64,000 nucleotides of DNA, taken from Octopus sinensis (lineage: Eukaryota). Made by a program: the position numbers and the translations under genes. The stretch covers positions 191,642,001 through 191,706,000 of the forward strand of contig NC_042997.1 of assembly GCF_006345805.1 (NCBI RefSeq), written 5' to 3'. Shown here piece after piece: positions 1-14,073 of this stretch. The notes under the pieces are model-generated. The model was not told where the DNA came from. It saw nothing but the letters and a program-made list of their open reading frames with translations, and made no database searches. Within the stretch, counting starts at the first letter, position 1; the number at the start of each line of letters is the position of its first letter.

Positions 1-316
1 CAATAATATTTTCAACCTACTTTGTCAAGAAAGAAGAGAGAGAGAAATAAAGGAAATATATATATCTTTTTTATCTTATACTTGTTTCAATCACTGAACT
101 GCAGCTTTGCAAGGGTACTGCCTTGAATGGTTTTAGTTGATCAAATCAACCCGATACTTTATTTTTCTTTTCAACGTCTGATACTTGTTCTACTGTTCTC
201 CTTTTGCTAAACTACTAAGTTACAGGGACATAAACAAACACTGGTTTTCAAGCAGTGCTGGTAGCAACAAACAAGGGGACACACACATATATCATCATTT
301 ATAATCCATTTTAGTA

Positions 317-637
317 TTGACTGGCTTCCGTGCCAGTGAGACGTAAAAAGTACCAACCGATCGTGGCCATTGCCAGCCTCCCCTGGCACCTGTGCCGGTG
401 GCACGTAAAAAGCACCAACCAATCGTGGCCGTTGCCAGTCTCCCCTGGCACCTGTGCCGGTGGCATGTAAAAAGCACCCACTACACTCACAGAGTGGTTG
501 GCGTTAGGAAGGGCATACAGCTGTAGAAACACTGCCAGATCAGACTGGAGCCTGGTGCAGCCTCCTGGCTTCCCAGACCCCGGTCGAACAATCCAACCAT
601 GCTACCATGGAAAACAGACGTTAAATGATGATGATGA
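317..637 (+). mobile_element. RTE 3' tail with ~62-bp tandem units
   Basis: Homologous to 29750..29926, ends ACGTTAAATGATGATGATG; repeated GGCACCTGTGCCGGTGGCA(C/T)GTAAAAAGCACC. Confidence 0.85.
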
Positions 638-3600
638 AGTCCTTTTTGCCATACTGCTAGGCTACTGGAACATAAACAAACCAACACTAATTGTCAAGAG
701 GTGAAATGCAACTACAAAGATGTACACAAACACACACACGTGATGGGTTCCCATATACACAATTCACTCACAAGGTATTGGTCAGCCTGGGGTTATATAA
801 GAAGACATCAGCCCAAGGTGTCACACACTGGGATTGAATCTGAAACCACATGGTTATGAAATAAACACCTTAACCACACAGCCATGCATGCACCTATGAT
901 CAAAATATTTACACTTCAAATTGGTGATAACTTCCTAGAAACCTTGTGAATCCCAAAATATCAAAGCCTGAAATAGGAAGAGAGAGAGAGATAGGGAAGA
1001 GGAAATGGAAATCACAGGGTGTGCCACTCTGTGAGTGAATAAAATGATTTTCAGCTGCATTAGGTTGTATTCTTTGGTGTTGGTCAAAGAATGGGACACC
1101 AGTGATTGTCATATTTTCAGGCCCTTCCAGAAAGGCTACAATGACGCAGTTGATGTTCAGTTTAAACATCTGCAAGTTGATGTCTGCTGGTAAAATGAAG
1201 GTGGGGAGACATTTTCAGGGGGTAGCAATTCGTGTGGGATGGGGAAAGAATTGGAGTGTTAAGTACAAGACCCAAGAAGTGAGCTACAGTAGGGTTGATG
1301 AGAAGAGAAAAGATGAATGGGTTGGTATACCCATTAGAGGGGAAAAATTATTCAAGTAACTCTCAGAAGAGCAGAGGCCATTGTCATAGCAACAGAAGAG
1401 GCAGAGAGAGGAGACATCACATCTGTGAAGTGTTTTCTATTATGTGAATTTTTGTCAGTCAGTGGAATAGCTTAACAAAAGGAAATGTAATTAATTCACA
1501 ACTAAAAATAAAGAACTTAATGCTCTAATATGGCCTTAGCTGTGATACTTAAAGCAACTAGTAGTATGTATGTAATACTTTCATTATAGCATTATCACTC
1601 TCTCTCTCTCTCTCTCTCAAAAGAACTAACACTTGAGTTTGCATTTACAGATTTGACTATATCTAATTATAATTTGATTCTAGTTTTCTGTTTGTTGTAG
1701 GATATGCAGCAGATGATAATGTGAGGCTAATATGCTAAACTTACTTGCACACCATTTGATCACACTAGTAACTGATAAGTCCAATAGACTTCCATTTCTA
1801 TATACAAAAATCATTTAAGCAAGTATCAACAATACACAGTGATAAATGGTTAGAAACCTGATTTAATAGGTGAGATTTCTCATGTTAAAATATTTACTTA
1901 ATCACACCTAACATTAACTGTTTTCACATAGTTACATATACATTGGCAATTTATTCACAATCTTCACTCTAGCAAACTGAAAAGGTGAACTATAAAGCAA
2001 TGAATGGATTCAATTAAATTTCTCTTTATACAGATAAGAGAGTACAAAACAGTCTAAATCTCCCTAAGCACAGGAAAAATGCAACATCGTTATCTAGAAA
2101 GTTGAATAATTATTTGTTCACCAAGAGTTAGATATTACAATACAGAGAACTTGAAAAATGATAATAGTAGAGTGCTGTGTGCGTGTGTACAGCCATGAAC
2201 ACATAGACACAGGAAGTTTGACAAAGGATGTGTCTTGCTTTCAGTAACATAGGGTAAAAAAAAAAATGCTTTCGATTGCCTTTAATAATCAAATGGTGAG
2301 TACATTTGCCCTTTTCAATGAGAAATTTAATCCAGAAATATAAATTATACAAATCAGAAATAGAAATATTAGAAATCAGGAAAGTATAATAAATAGTAAC
2401 TGATGTTTTTATAACAGAAGAGATTTATTATAGTCATGAATAAAATTCCACTTCATGATAATTATCAGACAGAAATTATAGACTATATTCTTCTCTGCTA
2501 TAAAAAGTATTTCCTGAAACCATTTTTCATACAATAGATAGGCCCTTTAATTTAAACAACTCAGAACAAGAGAGTTTTAGAAATTTGTTTATGAAAGCAC
2601 ACACGGCTACTTTGAAGATTGGTTGGATCTAAGACTTCAATTCAATCAAACAGAATTAAAGCTGTCAGGCAATCCAACTTAGAAGGAAGCTCTGGAAAAT
2701 GGAATAACAAATCTACAAATAGAAGATACCAAAGGAATTCTTCTCCGATGAAGAACCTCAATTAACACTTCAATTTAAAAGTGCAACCAATATGATCAAT
2801 CTGTCAATCACATTTACAACAACCAACGACAAACACAAATGTAACAATCATAGCAAATATTGCTTATCACAATTCCTTGGCATATCTCGTAGCAATCAGA
2901 GTCCTATGGGCCAACATCTATTTAAGTATGATAAATGTTCTTTAAAAAGCTAAAGCTACTGAAATAAAACAATCAATTTTATATGCATCCAGTTTGAGGT
3001 CAGAGCTTCTAACAATCATCTAGATGAAAAACATAACTTGAGATGGCTTTCTTCTAAGAACAAGTTGTGACTTCTTGAGTAACTATAGCAATTATATAAG
3101 CCTTTAATGGTAGGTTTTTATACATACAATTTGAATCTTCAGTTGCATTTGATTTTAATAACTTCTTAACTATTTTGATACTATATTTCTGTCAAAATAC
3201 AATGTCTCGGTTTCAGTTAATTTTGAAAATAAAGAATTTAGTAAAATAACTGTCATTATTAAGTTGGTGTTCAGAGCATAAATTTACATAAAAGATGGAA
3301 ACTTTTAACTTAGATGATTTTAAAACAGGAAGTTTATATCATAAAACCAAGGAAGGTCTCAGGCAAGATGGTAACAAAAGGGTTAAAATGTAACACAATG
3401 CTTAGATGAGGCCAGACAGGAGAGACAGAATTGTCTGCTGAGAACATATAAGGAACAGGTAAAGAAGTAATGTGAGAAGGCACTGAAATGGTATAGAGAT
3501 TAAAGGCATCATAACCCTACCCAATCTAGGAGAAAGAAAAATTTCAAATGGAGCACTAATAATCTCAGAAAGTAGAAATGAAACAGAGAAGAAACAATGA

Positions 3601-6155
3601 TTAAATAAAACAAATTTATCAAGTCAACATCATGAAAAATATATAAACCTCTCTAATCCACATTGTGGAGATAACGATGTAAACATTTATGGTTATTGCC
3701 TTTCATTTAAAACATCAGGGGGTTTCTAATGACTAATCAAGCTCTCAAAATTATATTTTCCAACTTGTTAATCAATAAAAAATTATTTTAGCATAAAAGA
3801 AAAAAAAAAACTTAAACTGAAAGTAATTTCAAGAGATGATGTTAAACATACCAATAAAATTCTGAAATAATTGTTTTTTAAGCCGCTTTTAATATTTGTA
3901 GCTTACACTAAATTTTGATCAATGACTGTCATCAGGTGTCTTATTCCTGGAGGTGTACATAGTTCCAGATTGGATTCAAACTAAGCTACTTCTAAACAAA
4001 GAATAACATAATTTTCACTAACAAATTTCTGTGTTTCTTCATAATTGTACACCATTTTCTCTAATCCAGGGCCAGACACATCCAAACATGATATCTGATG
4101 TTGGCAGAGATAATACGAATCAAAATGTACTGTAGGTGTAAATATTTAAAAACCACCATCTCTAAAGATGAAGTTAATAATCAAGAAAATTATTATAATA
4201 TTAACAACCCACCTCAGGCATTTAGACAACCATTTTATTTTGGGTTCAGTCCTATTATTGACCCAAGTTAACCAATGCTTTGCAAGTGAATATGAGCGAC
4301 AGAAACTGTATGGAAGCCTGTCATATGTGTGCATCTGACAACCAGTGATGGTTTAGGAGTTCAGTAAAAAAAAAGCCAATAGAATAAGAACCCCCTCTCT
4401 CCCTCTTTCTCTTTCGGAGAGGCACTGAGCACCTACATGCACACACGGCAGTAACTTCCACCTACCGAATTCAATCACAGAGCTTCGGTCGGCTTGGGGC
4501 TATAGTAGAAGACACCTGCCCAAAGTGCCACGCAGTGGGACTGAACCCGAAACCACGTAGCTAGGAAGCAAGCTCCCTAACCACACAGCCATGCCCGAGG
4601 TTTAAAAAACAAGTACTGGGATTGATTTATATAACTAAACCTGTCGAGGTGGTGCCCAGTATGGCCGCAATCAAATAACTGAAACCAGTAAAAAGATTTC
4701 GTTTATACAAGTTGAAAATGACCAGAAGCAAATATTGTTGACTACAAATATTGTTGATAAAAAAAAAAATGCAACACAAAACCTCATAAGTTATTCTCTC
4801 CATTACACAAACAGAATCAAACAATTTTTTTCTGTTGTTGGAAACTATTAACAACACCCCACTTATATGAGACCTTTTAATCGTGTATTACATGCAGACA
4901 CATAACATAAGCAATGCAACCGTTGTCAAAAAAAAAACTATAAAACAAGTTTTATGACATGCAGCCTACAAACTAGTCTTCCTCGACATCTGCAGATTGC
5001 ACACTTCTAATTATTCCTGCAACTACTTTCGCTAACAATCTTGGAGTTGTTTAGCTGTCAGTTGTCTTTCACTTGTACATTCTTATGGATGGTTGTAATG
5101 TCTTCATTTTCTCATTCATTTAAGACTGCTACACATTTCTACTGTCACTGATGACATTTCTCGCAGAATAGGATAATCTTTCCTTTAGCCGTTGATCAAT
5201 AATTTTCATCTCCGTCACATACTAATCTTCGCAGCTATGGCTCTGAAATTACGCTGGTATTGTTTTACCAGTCATTTAATAACTATTAACTTGATCATCA
5301 AATTTTAGTGAGGTCACAGTTAATTATTTCACCTTTTGGCTTATTTCAGTCATCAGACTGCAGCCATTCTTGGGCACTGCCTTGAGTTTTAGTCAGACAA
5401 ATCAATTCCTTTACAAACCACTAAGTTATGGGGACATAACTTAGTGGTTGTCAAGTAGTAGTGGGGGACACACAGACACAAAGATACATACACATGATGG
5501 GCTTGTTTCAGTTTCCATTTACCAAATCCATTCACAAGGCTTTGGTCAGTCCAAGGCTATGATAGAAGACAGTCACCTAAGGTACCACACACTGGAATTG
5601 AACCCAGAACCATGTGGTTGGGAAGCAAACTTCTTACCGCACAACCATGTCAACTCCAGACTTATTAGGCTGGAGTTTATACTTAGGACTAAGAAGGTAG
5701 GAGCTTAATCCAGTTTCAATGGTGTATAAATGACAGATTATAACATTCCCTGAATGGGGTGCTAGTCCATCACAGGATTAACTTCCCAGCTATTGCTGGA
5801 ACTCATTTATAGCTGAATAGACTAGAGCAACATCGAATGAAGTGCTTCTGTTCGATAACACAAAGCTCTGCCTAGTTCAGGAATCGAAACCACAATCTCA
5901 TGATATTAGTGCAACACCCTAACTACTAGGCCATGTGTTTTCACAGTACCTGACTGGCACTCGGTTTGTCAACCCATGAAGGATTAAAGGCAAAACTGAC
6001 ATCAGTGAGAATGCAAAGAGATGTATCACAACATATTTTGTCTGGTGATCTACCAATTCCTCTTGTTAAATGGTCAGCATGACCATTCACGACAACGAGG
6101 CAACACAAAGGTATCCCATGAATTTAATACAAAATTTCAAATCAGAGAGAGAGAG

Positions 6156-6195
<40 letters not shown>

Positions 6196-6218
6196 GAGAG
6201 AGAGAGAGAGATTATTAA

Positions 6219-6430
6219 TCTTTTAGCATTTAAACCAGCCAATGCTGTCCCAAATATTCTACCTGTTTTATGTTCAAAGCACCCATGTCTGACTTCTCAT
6301 ACCTACCCTACAATGTTATTCTAAAAACAATCACATCACTAAAATCTCGGAGCTATAATACATAATTATTTCGCAATAATGTGAATAGATAAGTATTACA
6401 TTTGACAAAGTAATCTAAATGCTAAAAGGG
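6219..6430. mobile_element. piggyBac-type MITE, same family, opposite orientation (another copy at about 20935..21140)
   Basis: TTAATCTTTTAGCATTTAAACCAGCC...AAATGCTAAAAGGGTCAA; interior homologous to 36164. Confidence 0.65.
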
Positions 6431-7109
6431 TCAATATTTAGCTGAAGCAACAGAGTGACTTGAGGGCCGAAGGTTTTGAGCAATAGCACTTATCAAAATG
6501 TGTGCATCTATATTTTACCATATTCATATATCTTATACAGTAAAAATTACAGACTTTTCCTTTCCACAACAACAATTTAAATTAACATTTCGGAAATCCT
6601 AATTTACATTTTACTCTTGGAAAGATTTTCTTTAACCAACCAAAAATTAAAGCAAATCAATGTTTATGAATCAATCAACCGCATTACTGTTAACGATTTT
6701 CCAAAAATTTCTAAATTAACATTATTCATTTATTTCTTCAACTATTTTTTTTTTCCCTTTCCACATAGCATTTCATGGTAGACTAATTATACTCACAGAT
6801 TTCTAGTTTAATGCTGAAGTGTTCTGATACAAAAGATTCTTTTAGATTTTTGCAAAGTTTCAGTCATTTGCTATCTCATTAAACAGATCCAATTAATAGT
6901 AACAATTAAATGCAAGAATTCATCACCTGCTACAACACCTCAACACCTACCTTTCCTCTTATTGTTACCATTAACAGATTGTCCCATCCCACCCCATACT
7001 AAACGTTGTCCAATCCTTTCTCCCCAGGGATGCTGTCCTCAAGTTACTTCCAACAAATAACTTGCAACAATCCATTAAATACATTACTTCTTTATCTCAG
7101 AAAGTTTGA

Positions 7110-7284
7110 TATAGGCGTAGGAGTGGCTGTGTGGTAAGTAGCTTGTTTACGAACTGCATGGTTCCAGATTCAGTCACACTGCATGGCACCTTGGGCAAGT
7201 GTCTTCTACTATAGCCTCGGGCCAACCAAAGCTTTGTGAGTGGATTTGGTAGATGGAAACTGAAAGAAGCCCGTCGTATATATG

Positions 7285-7315
<31 letters not shown>

Positions 7316-7516
7316 ATATGTTTGTTCCCCTAGCATGGCTTGACAACCGATGATGGTGTGTTTATGTCTCCGTAACTTAGCAGTTTGGCAAAGGGAGACC
7401 AATAGAATAAGTACTAGGCTTACAAAGAATAAGTCCTGGGGTCGATTTGCTTGACTAAAGGCGGTGCTCCAGCATAGCCACAGTCAAATGACTGAAGCAA
7501 GTAAAAGCGTAAAAGA
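7110..7516 (+). mobile_element. tRNA-derived SINE family B, full length (with internal microsatellite)
   Basis: A-box TGGCTGTGTGG, B-box GGTTC(C)AG(A)TTC, CCTTGGGCAAGT CORE-like motif, (TA)(TG) core, tail AAACAAGTAAAAG. Confidence 0.85.
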
Positions 7517-7896
7517 TTATAACAATGAGCACCTCAGTTTCTTCACAAACTATAATGTAAATGGTATGTTCTGTAAAATCAAAACAAAAGCTCTGCTGAT
7601 TAAATCATTCAATATTTTCTTTCCTCTGTGGTGCACCATCATACCACACCTTAAACTACTTTTAACTAATACATCTATACATAATTCAATATACTGATTT
7701 ATATTTATAGATCTAAAATATTCATACTGACTTTCGGTATTAACCTGTATGTGCATGCTCACGAACACATCTTTTATTTGTTTGTCATTGGACTGTACCC
7801 ATACTGGGGAATCACCTCAAAGGGTTTAGTTGAACAAATTGATTCCCTATTTATTTTTTAAATATGGTATCAATTCTCTCTCTCTTTATGTATGTA

Positions 7897-8212
7897 TCAT
7901 CATCATCGTTTAAAGTCCGCTTTCCATGCTAGCATGGGTTGGACGATTTGACTGAGGTCTGGCAAACCAGATGGCTGCACCAGGTTCCAATCTGATCTGG
8001 TGGAGTTTCTACAGCTGGATGCCCTTCCTAACGACAACCACTCTGAGAGTGTAGTGGGTGCTTCTACGTGCCACTGGCATGAAGGCCAGTCATGCGGTAC
8101 TGGCAACGACCTCGCGTGAATGTTTTTTCACGTGCCAGTAAGGCAATGCTGGTAATGGTCACACTCGAATGGTGCTTTTTATGTGCCACCGGCACAGAAG
8201 CCAGTCAGCTGC
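7897..8212 (-). mobile_element. RTE 3' tail
   Basis: (CAT)n-CGTTTAAAGTCCGCTTTCCATGCTAGCATGGGTTGGAC is the reverse complement of the RTE tail. Confidence 0.85.
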
Positions 8213-9109
8213 CATGGGTTATGGTCTCAGAGCTATAATTTTACAACCACACAACATCTATATGTCTGTCTAAAATATAGTTTATATAAGAATGCTCACT
8301 ACCTGTATGTTTGTAAAAATAAAAAAACATTTTTGGAGTTCTGGTATTTGAAATATTTATTCCTAGACTTCAAACAACTAGCCCAAGAAGGCCACAACTG
8401 AGTCTGGAACAGGCAAAACAGCATTACATATCTTCATTAACATGCTGCAGCTATCTCTAAATCCTATAAAATAATTAGTTTCATAATTCCCATACACATT
8501 TTTTTGCTCTCTCAACATTTCAAAGATTAAAAGGGACCAACAAGCGAATGGCTCTAAAACAATTATTAAGTTCTAAAGTGTACTTTTCATAGATATGTGA
8601 TACCAACAATCATAGCATACAGTCTCTTCTTGCTTGGGCTACAAATCAGAACAGTAAAACAAAAAGCTTTTATTTCCCTTTTGTTTGTTGCTATTCAGTC
8701 AGAGTAGTTAAGCAGTGGAAGCAGATGCTTGCTGTTGTTGATAAATGTAGTTGCCTTTTTGTGGTAGGAAGGTGTAACTGGATCAGACTTCTCATCCAAG
8801 ACCATGTCCACTCATAGCCAGCTTTTGAAAGTAGTTCACTTTCTCATTGATTTCAAATCTTGGTGCAAGGCCAGAAATTTTAGAAGCAGGGGTAAGTCAA
8901 TTACAGTATTCAACTGGTTTTTATTTTATCGAGCATGAAAGAATGAGATGGTAAAGTCAACCTCAGTGGAATTTGAACTCACAATGCACAGACTGACAAA
9001 ATACCACTAAGCATTTGCCCAACATGCTAACAATTCTGCCTAGCTTACTTGCTAATATTCAAATAAGTGTTTGCACCAAGTCCTGCTTTTATTTTAATTT
9101 TATAGCACA

Positions 9110-9700
9110 TTAGCAGACATACCCAGCATTGCTTGGGATTTAAATGGCATAATTTGTAAATATGGTAGTTAAGCTGAAACGTGATATGGGGAAGTGCAGC
9201 ATTGATGACAAAACATTTGTGGAGTAAATGAAGGGTTAATTTCACTAAGTGACATGTTATGTGTCTGTTTGGAAAATTCCCGACCTTAACCTTGTCATGG
9301 AAAACTGGGGGAGGGTATGTGAGTTTTGAACACACCAAAAAGTTCTCAGTGGATATATTCTCGTTGCGACTGTTGGCTATGTGATAAACTAAGCCTGTAG
9401 GCATGCTCAACAGCACCACATGAGAGAAATCTACATGAAAGAAATGGCGTGGTAATTAGGGGTGACTGGCAAGGAAGCACTTGAAAACAACACTGTCATG
9501 CAATACTTCAGTTTGAATCAATAGTCGTGGCCCAATCGTGCACTCCATGTAAACAGCATGGGACCATTGAGAGGACAACTCAGCTCCCAAAAGAAAACAA
9601 TTCTGCATGCAGCGTGAGGGTACGCAAGGTCACATTAAGGACACAGTCTCGAACAAATGTGGTTGGGTCTCAGACACCATAAATTAATAGGTTAATGTAC
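9110..9700 (-). mobile_element. Possible degenerate Helitron with helicase-end remnant
   Basis: 3' hairpin remnant CCCAAGCAATGCTGGG-TATGTCTGCTAA. Near 9540..9590 the DNA loosely resembles codons for CFSHGQLYVACSRVG but needs several indels. Confidence 0.3.
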
Positions 9701-10736
9701 ATGCAATATTTTGGTTTGTAACCAATAGCTGAAGAATATTTGTATGGGTTTCATCTATGCTTAGAAGGAAGACTTTGATACTGAAGCTAAAAGAAAATAA
9801 TTGCTCAGGATTTAATATATTTTAACATATTTCTCATAATAAACAGTACATGCCAAACGGTTTTTATTCCAACGAATTGCTACCTATGGTACTATGAGAA
9901 CAGGCTATTATTGTTACCACTCAGACATCGCAGTTTGAAGTCTACATCGGTTCATCCATTTAATACAACCTACTTATATCATTTCAGTAACTGTTTTTTT
10001 GCAGGTTGAATAGAAACAATACGTACCCCAGGAAAGGGTATTTTCCGCTCCCAGGGGCCCCATTACTCATTATGTGAAAAAATTTTAAGAGTCTAAAACC
10101 ATCTCTGAAACATAACTAATGTACGTTCCCATTTTGGAGAAAATCAGTTGTGAACTTCAGAAGTTATGTGGGTTTACAGACACACACATCCTCAGTGTGG
10201 TTAAAAAGTTTGCTTTCCAATTATATGATCTCAAATTCAGTCCCACTATGCAGTACCTTGGGAAAGTGTCTTCTGTTATAGCCCTGGACTGACCAAAGTC
10301 TTGTAAGTGGACTTGGTGGATGGAAACTGAATGTAGTCTATTGTGTGTGTGTGCCTTTTTCTTCACATTATGTGATGATTGTAAACAAACATGACCATCA
10401 TACAAGCGACATTGTTTCCAGTTTTCCATGAAAAACTTGTGTGGCCATGGGGAAATATTAGCTTGCCTAGAAGAAGATGAGGGTGGACAACAGGAAAGAC
10501 ATCCAGCCATTAGAAAGACCAAAACAAAAAAAATCAATCTGTGGCAACAAACTCCATCTGACGCATACAAGCAAAGAAAAGTGAACATTAAGTGAGGACG
10601 ACAATAATGATTATAGGGCATTCGTGACACAGAGTACTTACTTTAATTAAATTAACAATTCTGACAACTGGTAGTGATAATGGTAACTGACAGAGTATTA
10701 TAAACTATAAAAACATTTGACCCTCTCAATATATAT

Positions 10737-11108
10737 ATAGGCGCAGGAGTGGCTATGTGGTAAGTAGCTTGCTTACCAACCACATGGTTCTGGGTTCAGT
10801 CCCACTGCGTGGCACCTTGGGCAAGTGTCTTCTACTATAGCCTCAGGCCGTCAGAAACTGAAAGAAGCCTGTCGTATATGTATATATATATATGTGTGTG
10901 TGTTTGTGTCTGTTTGTCCCCTCAACATCGCTTGATAACCGATGCTGGTGTGTTTCCATCCCCATAACTTAGTGGTTCGGCAAAAGGGACCGATAGAATA
11001 AGTACTAGGCTTACAAAGAATAAGTTCTGGGGTCGATGTGCTCGACTAAAGGCGGTGCTCCAGCATGTCCGCAGTCAAATGACTGAAACAAGTAAAGGAG
11101 TAAAGAGA
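10737..11108 (+). mobile_element. SINE family B inserted in (TA)n
   Basis: Homologous to 7110; (TA)n on both sides; short internal deletion. Confidence 0.85.
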
Positions 11109-12070
11109 ATATATATATATATATATATATATATAGAGTGGTTAGTCCACATTACTCTGTAAGGAGCATAAGGCTGGTTTCTCAGTTTCTCTGGAGTATA
11201 TATTCCTCCTGGACAGGACACCTGTCTATTACAAGATTACCCACTTTTACTAGCTGAAGGAACTGGAGTAATGTGAAATTAAGTGTCTTGCTCAAGAACA
11301 CAATGATCACCCAGTCCAGAAATTGAAACCACAATCTCATGATCAGGAGTCCAACACACTAACTACTAAGCCATGTGCCTACACACACAAACACACACAC
11401 AAACACACAGATACACATATTCCAACTGCTTCAAAATCAGTTATTAAAGGCTAATTAACTATTAAAACACAATGTAACATTATTTATATTTTCTTTAACA
11501 TGAACAGGATCTACCTCTTTCTTTCTCAGTCATATTGTCTTTTCATCTATAATCCTTTATAAGTAGACTAATTGATTGAATGAATAATAAATATCTCAAC
11601 TTCCTATTCTACCTGTAATAATTGCTAAGCCTAATTAAAAGACTGGTATTTCTCTGTATGAAATGCATATGAAGCCTTGTGTAACTCTGTGCATTATAAG
11701 AACAGAATGGTTTTGTTGTGTTCAAGAAGTTTCCTTCACAACCATATACGAGGTTCTCAGTTCAATCACACAGGGCAGAATGTTGAACAAGTGTCTTCTA
11801 TAGCCTTGCATTTGCTGAAAGTTCATCAAATATATACACACACAAACACATAAAAAATATAATCATACACATATATATGTATACACATGCATACAAATAC
11901 ATAACACACACAAAAAAATATAATATAATCATACATATATATGTGTGTGTGTGTATGTATATATATATGTGTGTATATATATACATATATATATTATATA
12001 CACACATATGCATACAAATACATTATATATATATGACACACACAGAGATATGTGTACCCAGAGATACATG

Positions 12071-12262
12071 CATCATCATCATCATCATCATTTAGCGTCC
12101 GCTTTCCATGCTAGCATGGGTTGGACGGGTCAACTGGGGTCCGTGAAGCTGGAAGGCTTCGTCAGGCCCAGTCAGATCTGGCAGTGTTTCTACGGCTGGA
12201 TGCCCTTCCTAATGCCAACCACTCCGCGAGTGTAGTGGGTGTTTTTTACGTGCCACCTGCAC
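12071..12262 (-). mobile_element. RTE 3' tail
   Basis: (CAT)7 then TTAGCGTCCGCTTTCCATGCTAGCATGGG; matches the RTE tail. Confidence 0.85.
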
Positions 12263-12908
12263 TTACATGCATATACATGGATTTATATTACCATGTGTTA
12301 CCTTACCTTTAGAATAGATACAAGTTGATGAAAGGCTAGGTGACATAAAGGTTATCAGGCCATAAAACCTATGCCTCAGAAACCCTCGCCAGCATGGAAA
12401 AGCAAATATAAAATGTTGATATTACACACACACACACACATTAGAAAAACAGGCTTCTTTCAGTTTCTGTCTACCAAAGGTACTCACTCACAAGCCTTTG
12501 GTTGGCCTATATTAGAAGACCCTTGTCCAAAGTGATTGAACCTGGAACCAAGTGGCTGGAACCTCTTAAACACAGCCATGTCTTCAGCAACATACACACA
12601 CACACCTTTCACTAATGTGTATTGGCAAAAAACTCACACCACTTTTTCCATTAGAAATACATAAAGCAGTGATTGACACAGTGGAAAGCTGTAAGCATAA
12701 TACTATTGATAAATAAATATATATATATGTATATATATAAACTCAAAGCAAACACTAAAGATAAATGGTGAAGATATTAACATATATGAAAAAGTGACGC
12801 TATAAACAATAAATGTCAGTGAGCTGTGAAACACTAATGTACAAAACATCAATGATTTGTATATGTGAGAGAATTATATTGAACTCAACAGGTGATGTGT
12901 CTGACTGT

Positions 12909-13161
12909 TGTTTGGCCTCAATGTGCCAACCCTGATTGAGATGACAGAACTTTGATCAAAAGTGTACCAGTAATGTAATCTGGACTCCCATCATCCATTG
13001 AGAAGAGTGCGATTAGGCTGCTGTTTCTAGCATGCTGTTTGGCCTCAATGTGCCAACCCTGACTGAGATGAGTGAACTCTGATCAAAAGTGTACCAGTAA
13101 TGTAATCTGGACTCCCATCATCCATTGAGAGGAGTGTGATTAGGCTGCTATTTCTAGCAGC
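12909..13161. repeat. Tandem duplication, 2 x 127 bp
   Basis: TGTTTGGCCTCAATGTGCCAACC... at 12909 and 13036, with few substitutions. Confidence 0.92.
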
Positions 13162-13714
13162 ATGAGTAACCATTTTGAAGCACTCTCTGGTGGTTGATGG
13201 TAAAGCAGAAATAACCTACTAGTCAGGAGTTAAACCTTGCGGAATATACCAAATAACTATTTTGGTAGGGAACGAGTTCCTGATATCAAAATGTATATAG
13301 ATACAGGTATGGCTGTGTGGTCAAGAAGGTTACCTTGCAATCACATGGTTCTGGGTTCAGTCCCACTGCATAGCACCTTGAGCAAGTGTCTTCTATTAAA
13401 CACGTGGACCGACCAAAGCCTTCTGAGTCAATTTGGTAGATAGAAACTGTGTGGAAGCCTACTGTGTATGTGTGTCCCAGCCACCACCAGTGCTGTGAGA
13501 ACTATGTTGATTTGCTTACATCCTTATAACTCACTGTTTTGGCAAAAGAGATCAACAGAAAAAGCACCAGACTTAAATCCAATTAAACCCTTCAAGACAG
13601 TGCCACAGCATGGCCGTAGTCCAATAACTAAAACAAGTAAAAGAATAAGCTTTCTTTTGACTGAAGAATGGACCCCCTTTTGTAAAGGAAAAGGGATGCA
13701 GATGGCCAAATTCA

Positions 13715-14073
13715 TCTCTTTATATATAAACAGCAAAATGTCTGTGTGTGTGTGTCCTTTATACAAATTCACAATTTTTCAGTTAGAGGGCTCACACTTT
13801 CTATGGTCATTCAAAACCATCCAAGGGTGGTCGTGCACATCTTTACATTTCCCCAGTCACCCCGCAAAGCCATTAAAAAATCAATAGAAGTGACTTTTTT
13901 GTGAATTTTCTATCCAAAACCCAATCAAAATGCCCGAAACTTGATACGCCAATTGAATGCCAGCATGTGATTGGTCGGAGATTTGTACAGTACTCGTGTG
14001 TATGTGCACACGCACGCAGCTGAATATGCATGCACTAGCACTATGACCCGGCAACGCCGGGTCATAGTGCTAG
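13715..14073 (+). mobile_element. Non-autonomous Helitron family 1 (359 bp)
   Basis: 5' TCTCTTTATATATAAAC, 3' hairpin CCCGGCAACGCCGGG then CTAG; inserted between A and T with no TSD. Confidence 0.88.

Noticed and set aside
335-480. Regularly spaced repeats superficially like a CRISPR array (also 29627..29755 and 12909..13161)
   Set aside because: Whole units repeat with no unique spacers. They are LINE 3' UTR or tandem repeats in a eukaryotic context with no cas genes.
900-3100. Possible Penelope RT/GIY-YIG remnants (also about 21150-21380, 25500-25830, 44130-44400, 45130-45400, 46100-46330)
   Set aside because: Only a compositional impression; no motif could be read confidently without a search.
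4960-5290. Possible Tc1-like HTH remnant (RQLTAKQLQ on the minus strand)
   Set aside because: One short motif among stops and no TIR found.
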